Assembly (NCBI GenBank): GCA_963665295.1
Contig: OY762209.1
Span: forward strand, 1,248,001 to 1,312,000
DNA length: 64,000 nucleotides
DNA from: Syntrophorhabdaceae bacterium
GTDB lineage: Bacteria > Desulfobacterota > Syntrophorhabdia > Syntrophorhabdales > Syntrophorhabdaceae
Direction: 5' to 3'
In this document: in pieces, positions 58,259 to 64,000 of the stretch
Position numbering within the stretch: position 1 is the first letter of the stretch
How the letters are laid out: each line of letters opens with the position of its first letter
Position numbers and translations under genes: made by a program
The notes under the pieces: generated by a model
What the model was told of the DNA's origin: nothing
The model's database searches: none
What the model saw: only the letters and a program-made list of their open reading frames with translations

Positions 58259-60628
58259 ATGATCGAGAAACCGGCAGGACCGGGCAGCGGACAGGGTGAG
58301 GGGGAAGAGGGACTGAAAAGGTGCCGGGACCACGTCAAAGAAACAGAAGATCAAGGCGCGTCCGAGCTGAAGGCCATCAATGAACTGCTTAAGGAGGAGA
58401 TAGAAGAGCGCAGGTGGGCGGAGGAGTCCCTGAAGGAGAGTGAGGAAAAATACAGGGCCCTTATCGAGACAACGGATACGGGATTCGTAATCCTCAAACG
58501 TGACGGGACCGTGGTGGATGGGAACGCGGAATTTGTTCGCCTCACCGGCAACAGGACCCTCGAGGAAATACAGGGCCGGAACGTCATTGAATGGACCGCT
58601 CCCCATGACGCCGCGCGAAACGCGCAGGCAGTGGCAAGCTGCTTCGAGCGCGGCTTCATAAGGAACCTCGAAATCGATTACATGGATTCGCGCGGATCGA
58701 TTGTGCCCGTGGAGGTTAACGCCACTGTTATCGGGACCGGGGACGAGGAGAGGATTGTCTCCCTGTGCCGTGACATCACCGGGCGGAGGCAGACGGAAGA
58801 GGCCCTCAAAGAGAGTGAACGGCGTTACAGGGAACTTGCCGATTCTTTGCCGCAGATAGTGGCGGAGTTCGACACGAAAGGTAATTTTACCTTTGTGAAC
58901 CGGAATGCCTTTGCTGCTTTCGGATATACACCGGAGGACCTTGAAAAAGGCTTCAACGTTCTCCAGACGGTCATGCCTCACGACCAACAGAGGGCCAGGG
59001 AATCCCTCGCACGGGCGGCCCGCGGGGAGACTCTCATGGGAAATGAATATGACCTGAGAAGGAAAGACGGCAGTTCATTTCCTGCGATCGCATATACGAA
59101 CCCCGTTTCCCGCCACGGCAAGGTAGTGGGACACAGGTCCATACTCATCGATATCACCGACCGTAAGCGCGGAGAAGAGGCGCTCCGTCTTACCGAGGCC
59201 AGGTACAGGACGCTTCTGGAACACATCAGGGACGGCGTTTTCATCCTGGACACAGAGGGGCGTTTCACCTATGTGAACGATGTCCTGCTGGAGAGGTCCG
59301 GCCATCCGAGGGAGTGGTTCATGGGCAGAAAGTTCTCCGCCGTGGTGGGGAAACGATCCAAGGCCCTCGCCCGGAAGAATTTCCGGTCGGACATACGGGG
59401 GAACATCGCGCCTCCCTATGAGATCGCCCTTGCGTACCCCAACGCGTCCGGACACGAGTTCTGGATAGAGGTGAACAGGAGGGCGTTGTACGAGGGTGAC
59501 CGCATCGTGGGTATCCTCGGGACTTCACGGGACATTACGAAGCGCAAATATGCCGAGGCGGCCCTCAAAGAGAGCGAAGAGCGGTACCGCAGCATCTTTG
59601 AAAGCTCACCCCTGGGTATATTCCAGTCCACCTGTGACGGCAAGTTTATCAGGGTGAACCCCGCCCTTGCGCGCTTGCTGGGATACGGGTCCCCCCGTGA
59701 GGTGATCGAATCCGTGCATGATATAGCCGCCCGGATTTATGTGGAGCCGAAACAGGGGACTGCCATTCTCAGGAAGATGATGGAGAGTGACGGACAGATA
59801 ATGTCGGAAAACGAGTATCGCCGCAAAGACGGCCGCAAATGGATAGGCCACCTCACCCTTAGCGCAGTCCGTGACGTGAACGGCATCCCTCACCACCTGG
59901 ACGGAATAGTCGAGGATGTGACCGCAAAGAGGGCAATGGAAGAGAGGCTTCAAAGCACCATGGGGTACATGAGGACCCTCTCACACCGCCTTCTTGAGAT
60001 CCAGGAGGCCGAACGGCGCTACGTGGCCCGCGAGCTTCACGACGAAATGGGACAGACCCTCACGGCCCTCAAGATCAGCCTCAAACGGGCGGAACGCTCT
60101 ATGGCCCCGGGGTCGAAAACGACGCTCCACGAAAGCGTGCAGATGGTGGAGGGACTCATGAGGCAGGTGCGGAACCTGTCCATCGAACTTCGCCCTTCCA
60201 TCCTGGACGATTTCGGCCTCACCGCCGCCCTGGAGTGGTATATCAACCGGCTGTCGGCCAAAACAGGGCTCAAGATCCTGTTTCAATCGGGGTTAAAGGA
60301 AGAGCGGTTTTCACCCCTCCTCGAACTTACGTGTTTTCGGATAACCCAGGAGGCCCTGACCAATGTTGTCCGCCATTCCAAGGCAAAGAACGTGCGCGTC
60401 GAACTCGAAAGGCGCGAAGGGAACCTCCATCTCACGGTCCGGGATGACGGTAGCGGCTTCAACGTGGACAAGACCAGCAGAAGGTCCCAGAAGGGGGAGA
60501 GTTTCGGCCTCCTGGGGATGCACGAGAGGGCTTCCCTCGCAGGGGGAAACCTGGAACTGAGGTCGGAACCCGGCCGGGGCACGGTAGTCCATGCCACTTT
60601 CTCCCTTGGACCTGCCACGGAAGAGTGA
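58259..60628 (+). CDS. Multi-PAS histidine kinase, HisKA_3 (NarX/UhpB) type
   Basis: Four PAS repeats; ERRYVARELHDEMGQ, QEALTNVVRHS, DDGSGF and GLLGMHER. Confidence 0.9.
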   Translation: MIEKPAGPGSGQGEGEEGLKRCRDHVKETEDQGASELKAINELLKEEIEERRWAEESLKESEEKYRALIETTDTGFVILKRDGTVVDGNAEFVRLTGNRTLEEIQGRNVIEWTAPHDAARNAQAVASCFERGFIRNLEIDYMDSRGSIVPVEVNATVIGTGDEERIVSLCRDITGRRQTEEALKESERRYRELADSLPQIVAEFDTKGNFTFVNRNAFAAFGYTPEDLEKGFNVLQTVMPHDQQRARESLARAARGETLMGNEYDLRRKDGSSFPAIAYTNPVSRHGKVVGHRSILIDITDRKRGEEALRLTEARYRTLLEHIRDGVFILDTEGRFTYVNDVLLERSGHPREWFMGRKFSAVVGKRSKALARKNFRSDIRGNIAPPYEIALAYPNASGHEFWIEVNRRALYEGDRIVGILGTSRDITKRKYAEAALKESEERYRSIFESSPLGIFQSTCDGKFIRVNPALARLLGYGSPREVIESVHDIAARIYVEPKQGTAILRKMMESDGQIMSENEYRRKDGRKWIGHLTLSAVRDVNGIPHHLDGIVEDVTAKRAMEERLQSTMGYMRTLSHRLLEIQEAERRYVARELHDEMGQTLTALKISLKRAERSMAPGSKTTLHESVQMVEGLMRQVRNLSIELRPSILDDFGLTAALEWYINRLSAKTGLKILFQSGLKEERFSPLLELTCFRITQEALTNVVRHSKAKNVRVELERREGNLHLTVRDDGSGFNVDKTSRRSQKGESFGLLGMHERASLAGGNLELRSEPGRGTVVHATFSLGPATEE

Positions 60629-60699
60629 AATCGAAGCGATTCGTTCTGGCCGTTGCCCGACAAAAATGATAGTATCCTTGAATAATGAGGAGGGCGCAT

Positions 60700-61380
60700 A
60701 TGAAGGCAAGAGAAGTCACGAAAAACGTATATATTGTGGGAAGCTCCGACATCTCCGATTCGCGGGACTGCTCCGTCTACCTTGTGGACCTGGGCGATCT
60801 GGTGCTCATCGACGCGGGAGCGGGTCCCGGCGTGGACAGGATCATCGCCAACATCAAGGCCCTTGGTTTTGATCCCGCCGCGATATCGACCCTTATCCTC
60901 ACCCACTGCCATATCGACCACGTGGGGGGAGCGCAAATGATTAAGGAAAAGTACGGACCCCAGATCGTGATGCACGACCTCGACGCCCGTATCGTCGAGC
61001 GGGGAGACAACAGGATGACCGCAGCTTTCTATTACAACATAGACTTCAAGCCCCTGCCCGTGGATATAAAATTTACAGGGGAGGAAGAGCACCTCTTCGT
61101 GTGTGACCAGGATATGGTCTGTCTCCATACTCCCGGCCACACCCCCGGATCGATGTCGGTCTATCTCGATGTCGGGGGAAAGAGGGTTCTCTTCGGTCAG
61201 GACATTCACGGCCCCTTCATGAAGGACTTCGGGTCGGACATGAAGGCATGGCGCGCGTCCATGGCGAAGCTTCTGGCCCTCAAGGCGGACGTGCTCTGCG
61301 AAGGGCACTTCGGGGTCTACGAGCCGAACAGCAAGGTTACGGGCTACATAGAACGCTACATCGAGGAATACGAGGACTGA
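60700..61380 (+). CDS. MBL-fold metallo-hydrolase
   Basis: THCHIDHVGG, HTPGHTPG and LCEGH. Confidence 0.9.
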   Translation: MKAREVTKNVYIVGSSDISDSRDCSVYLVDLGDLVLIDAGAGPGVDRIIANIKALGFDPAAISTLILTHCHIDHVGGAQMIKEKYGPQIVMHDLDARIVERGDNRMTAAFYYNIDFKPLPVDIKFTGEEEHLFVCDQDMVCLHTPGHTPGSMSVYLDVGGKRVLFGQDIHGPFMKDFGSDMKAWRASMAKLLALKADVLCEGHFGVYEPNSKVTGYIERYIEEYED

Positions 61381-61384
61381 CGCC

Positions 61385-61906
61385 ATGACACAGGAAGGCT
61401 TCATTACCGCCTTCGGAGGCATTACGCCGTCCATCCACCCCGAGGCGTACGTGGACATGTCCGCAAGGGTGATCGGGGACGTGTCCGTGGGGGCCGGGGC
61501 GAGCATATGGCCCCAGGCGGTAATCCGGGCCGACAGCGCGTCCGTCCGGATAGGGGAGCGCGCCGTGGTGCTGGACCTCGCCCTGGTCGAGGCCCCGGAA
61601 GGATGCCCCGCGCTGGTGGAAGACGGGGCCCTGGTGAGCCACGGAGCCATCATCCACGGGGCTTCCGTGTTGAAGGGCGCCCTCGTGGGGATCGGCGCCA
61701 TAATCCTCGACGGGGCGGTCATTTCTTCCGGCTCCATAATCGCGGCAGGGAGCCTCGTAAGCCCCCGCACGAAAATCCCCCCGAATTCCCTCGTCATGGG
61801 GGTCCCGGGAAAGATAATCCGGGAGACCACGCCCGGGGAGCGCGAAAACGTCGCCGCCCAGGTGGAGGAACTCTTCGGAAAGTCCCGCATCTACAAGAAG
61901 CCGTAA
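61385..61906 (+). CDS. Gamma carbonic anhydrase family (hexapeptide repeat) protein
   Basis: VIGDVSVG..ASIWP.AVIRAD, VSHGAIIHG and SLVMGVPGK. Confidence 0.85.
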   Translation: MTQEGFITAFGGITPSIHPEAYVDMSARVIGDVSVGAGASIWPQAVIRADSASVRIGERAVVLDLALVEAPEGCPALVEDGALVSHGAIIHGASVLKGALVGIGAIILDGAVISSGSIIAAGSLVSPRTKIPPNSLVMGVPGKIIRETTPGERENVAAQVEELFGKSRIYKKP

Positions 61907-62127
61907 CGCAGCCTGCCGCCCCTCTTTACGTATCAGCCTAATAGAGTATCTCTGATACCCTCACTCCAATCCCCGCCCGGCTCTGTACGCACGGAGTGGT
62001 ATACCGCCCTCTTTCAAGACAAAAGAGATGATATATTACCGTATGGCATCTACTATTGACATATGGGTGTATGTGGTGATAATTAGTATTTAATACAACC
62101 TTACCAACGTGAGAAAGGAGTAATATA

Positions 62128-62325
62128 ATGGAAGAGATTGCAAAAGTAACGATCGAGGAATTCAAGAAGGAATCGGATGGTTCGTGGGTCTGCGTCAAGA
62201 ATGCAGATATAACTACCAAGTCGGGACGGATAATCAGGGTATCCCCTCGCACCACTTTTAAGAAAGGTTTCATACTTTCCGGACTTGACGTCGCAAGCGC
62301 ACTTGACGAAGTGATCGGGCAGTAA
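62128..62325 (+). CDS. Small hypothetical protein
   Basis: AAAGGAG RBS; TTGACA-N16-GATAAT upstream (62056-62083); beta-rich 65-aa ORF. Confidence 0.7.
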   Translation: MEEIAKVTIEEFKKESDGSWVCVKNADITTKSGRIIRVSPRTTFKKGFILSGLDVASALDEVIGQ

Positions 62326-62419
62326 GGAGAGCGTGGTGCGCTGAGCCCCGGAGTGCCGCGGCCCCGTTGCGACGGAAGGTCAGGGCGGAAAGAGAGGCGT
62401 GGAACCGGGCTGACCGGCC

Positions 62420-63412
62420 TCACTGGTTAAGGATCGCCCGGTAGAGCCCCTTTACTACCTCCGCCATCTTATCGAAGTCAAGGGTGTCCATCGTATCAGT
62501 GGCGCGGTGGTAGTTGTGGTTTCTGTAGAAGGCCGTGTCTGTCACCATGACCGCCTTGTAGCCGAAACGCCAGAAGCTCTGGTGGTCGGAAAAGTCGATG
62601 CCGGGGACCACAGACGGGGCGGCAACCGATTCCACGGGTATTGCCGATGCCTCGGCCATGAGGCCTTTTACGCGTTCCACCAGGTCGCCTTGCCCCCACT
62701 TCCCTACCACGGCGATGTAATTGCCCTTGTGGGGATAAAACCAGCCGAGAAAGAAAAGGGGGTAGCTCTGTGACTCGGGCGCGTCGGTAAAGTAGCCGAT
62801 CATCTCGAGGGCAACCATGGACCGGACCTCGACCCCCGCGTGGGAGAGGGATTTGGCGTATACATAGCTTCCCATGTGACGGGTGCGGAAGAATTGCGGC
62901 TCCTCCAGGGTAAAGGCGACAAAGTCGGTGCGATATATGAGGGGCGGCTTGAGGGTGCCTACGAGACGGGCGAGTTCAAGGAGTCCCGCCACGCCGCTCG
63001 CGTTGTCGTCCGCGCCGGGCTGGTCCCCATGCACGTCATAATGGGCCCCCACGATGACCCGTTCGCCTTTTTCAGGTCCGAAGGAACAGATGACATTTTT
63101 GTATTCCCCCTTGTCGTGGGTGAAGGTCTGGACCTCCGTGCGGCACCCCGTCTTCGTGAATTCCCCGAGGATGTAAGCGGCGCTCTTATCGAGGGAGGCG
63201 ACGTTACGGGCGTTGCGGGGCGGGTCCATCCCGGTGAGCGCCTCAACATGGCGTCTCATATGTTCCTTGCTCACCGGTGTTTCGGCCGCAACGCTGTCCC
63301 GGCCGGGAATCGCCCCGCAGCAGGCGACGAGGGCTGCCGGCACAAGGAGGGAGACCACGATATACCGGGCGAGTTTCAATCCTCTGAGAACCAATTCCTT
63401 CCGCCTGTCCAT
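62420..63412 (-). CDS. M28 family metallopeptidase
   Basis: VGAHYD, GADDNASG, LEE, LEMIG and SDH. Confidence 0.92.
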   Translation of the reverse strand: MDRRKELVLRGLKLARYIVVSLLVPAALVACCGAIPGRDSVAAETPVSKEHMRRHVEALTGMDPPRNARNVASLDKSAAYILGEFTKTGCRTEVQTFTHDKGEYKNVICSFGPEKGERVIVGAHYDVHGDQPGADDNASGVAGLLELARLVGTLKPPLIYRTDFVAFTLEEPQFFRTRHMGSYVYAKSLSHAGVEVRSMVALEMIGYFTDAPESQSYPLFFLGWFYPHKGNYIAVVGKWGQGDLVERVKGLMAEASAIPVESVAAPSVVPGIDFSDHQSFWRFGYKAVMVTDTAFYRNHNYHRATDTMDTLDFDKMAEVVKGLYRAILNQ

Positions 63413-63426
63413 CCTGCCTCCTTTCC

Positions 63427-63900
63427 CTATGGGCGCAAGCCTTCCCTGATCCGCTCCAGGGAACCTATGAGAATCTCCATCTCCGATTCGCTCAGGACCT
63501 CCATGACTCTATCCACCTCTTTCATGTAAGCGTCCTCCACGTGGTCGAGCACTTCCCTGCCTTTGGGCGTCAGGCGCACGGCATTGTAACGGCGGTCGCC
63601 GGGAACATCGGTGCGCGTCACAAGCTCCGCCTTCTCCATCCTGTCGACAAGGGACGTCACATTCGAAGGGTGCACCACGAGCATCCGGCTCAATCCAGCC
63701 TGACTGAGTCCCGCCTCCCGGTCCGCCTGATAACAGAGAAGCTCCATGAGGTTGAATTGAACGTCCGTGATCCCGTAAGGCAGGAAGAATTGCCGGGCTC
63801 GTTTTTTGAGCATATCCCCCGTGTGATAGATGTTGAGGAGCGTTTCGTGGGCAACCGACGTGATCCCCGCCTTCAGTCCAAGTTCCTTTTCCAGCTTCAT
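63427..63900 (-). CDS. MarR family transcriptional regulator
   Basis: ITDVQFNLM, NVTSLVDRME, DRR and LTPKG. Confidence 0.92.
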   Translation of the reverse strand: MKLEKELGLKAGITSVAHETLLNIYHTGDMLKKRARQFFLPYGITDVQFNLMELLCYQADREAGLSQAGLSRMLVVHPSNVTSLVDRMEKAELVTRTDVPGDRRYNAVRLTPKGREVLDHVEDAYMKEVDRVMEVLSESEMEILIGSLERIREGLRP

Positions 63901-63921
63901 CCTTAAATAGTTCCCCTATAA

Positions 63922-63941
63922 ATAGTTGATATATAAACTAT
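63922..63941. promoter_or_regulatory. Probable MarR operator
   Basis: ATAGTT-GATATATA-AACTAT inverted repeat about 20 bp upstream of the marR start. Confidence 0.6.
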
Positions 63942-64000
63942 CTGCCCGATCAACAGGCATGTCAAGATTTATTTCGGAGGTTTTCTACGCCCGTCTTCGA

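Noticed and set aside
60283..61890. 535-aa minus-strand ORF
   Set aside because: Overlaps three well-supported plus-strand genes and has no recognisable motifs.

Overview
A GC-rich bacterial chromosomal segment. Gene content and style suggest an anaerobic Desulfobacterota / Syntrophorhabdus-like organism, but this is inference only. Housekeeping and envelope genes include hrpB, mscL, a PatB/MalY-type C-S lyase, dedA, pbpC with alpha-2-macroglobulin, glgP, hpt, a ThDP-dependent keto-acid decarboxylase, an M28 peptidase and MarR. Accessory pieces lie between them: (1) three secreted modular enzymes with Ig-like tails, two sharing a BACON-type tail, plus a decayed relic of that tail; (2) an RHS polymorphic-toxin relic missing from the ORF track, followed by a tandem-duplicated, patchily diverged candidate immunity gene whose second copy is frameshifted; (3) a sigma-28-type promoter in front of motAB, which is coupled to a pseudo-receiver / degenerate HD-GYP gene; (4) a small AT-richer defence islet with a BglII-like endonuclease, an MT-A70 methyltransferase, a VapBC-like pair and a HigA/ImmA relic; (5) a KaiA-less kaiC-kaiB-kaiB-hybrid kinase cluster directly upstream of glycogen phosphorylase; (6) a complete IS1634 with 12-bp inverted repeats and a 6-bp target duplication that replaced the last five codons of the decarboxylase; (7) a chemoreceptor with a C-terminal Cache domain. 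No rRNA, tRNA or CRISPR array was seen. All calls come from reading motifs by eye; no database searches were run.
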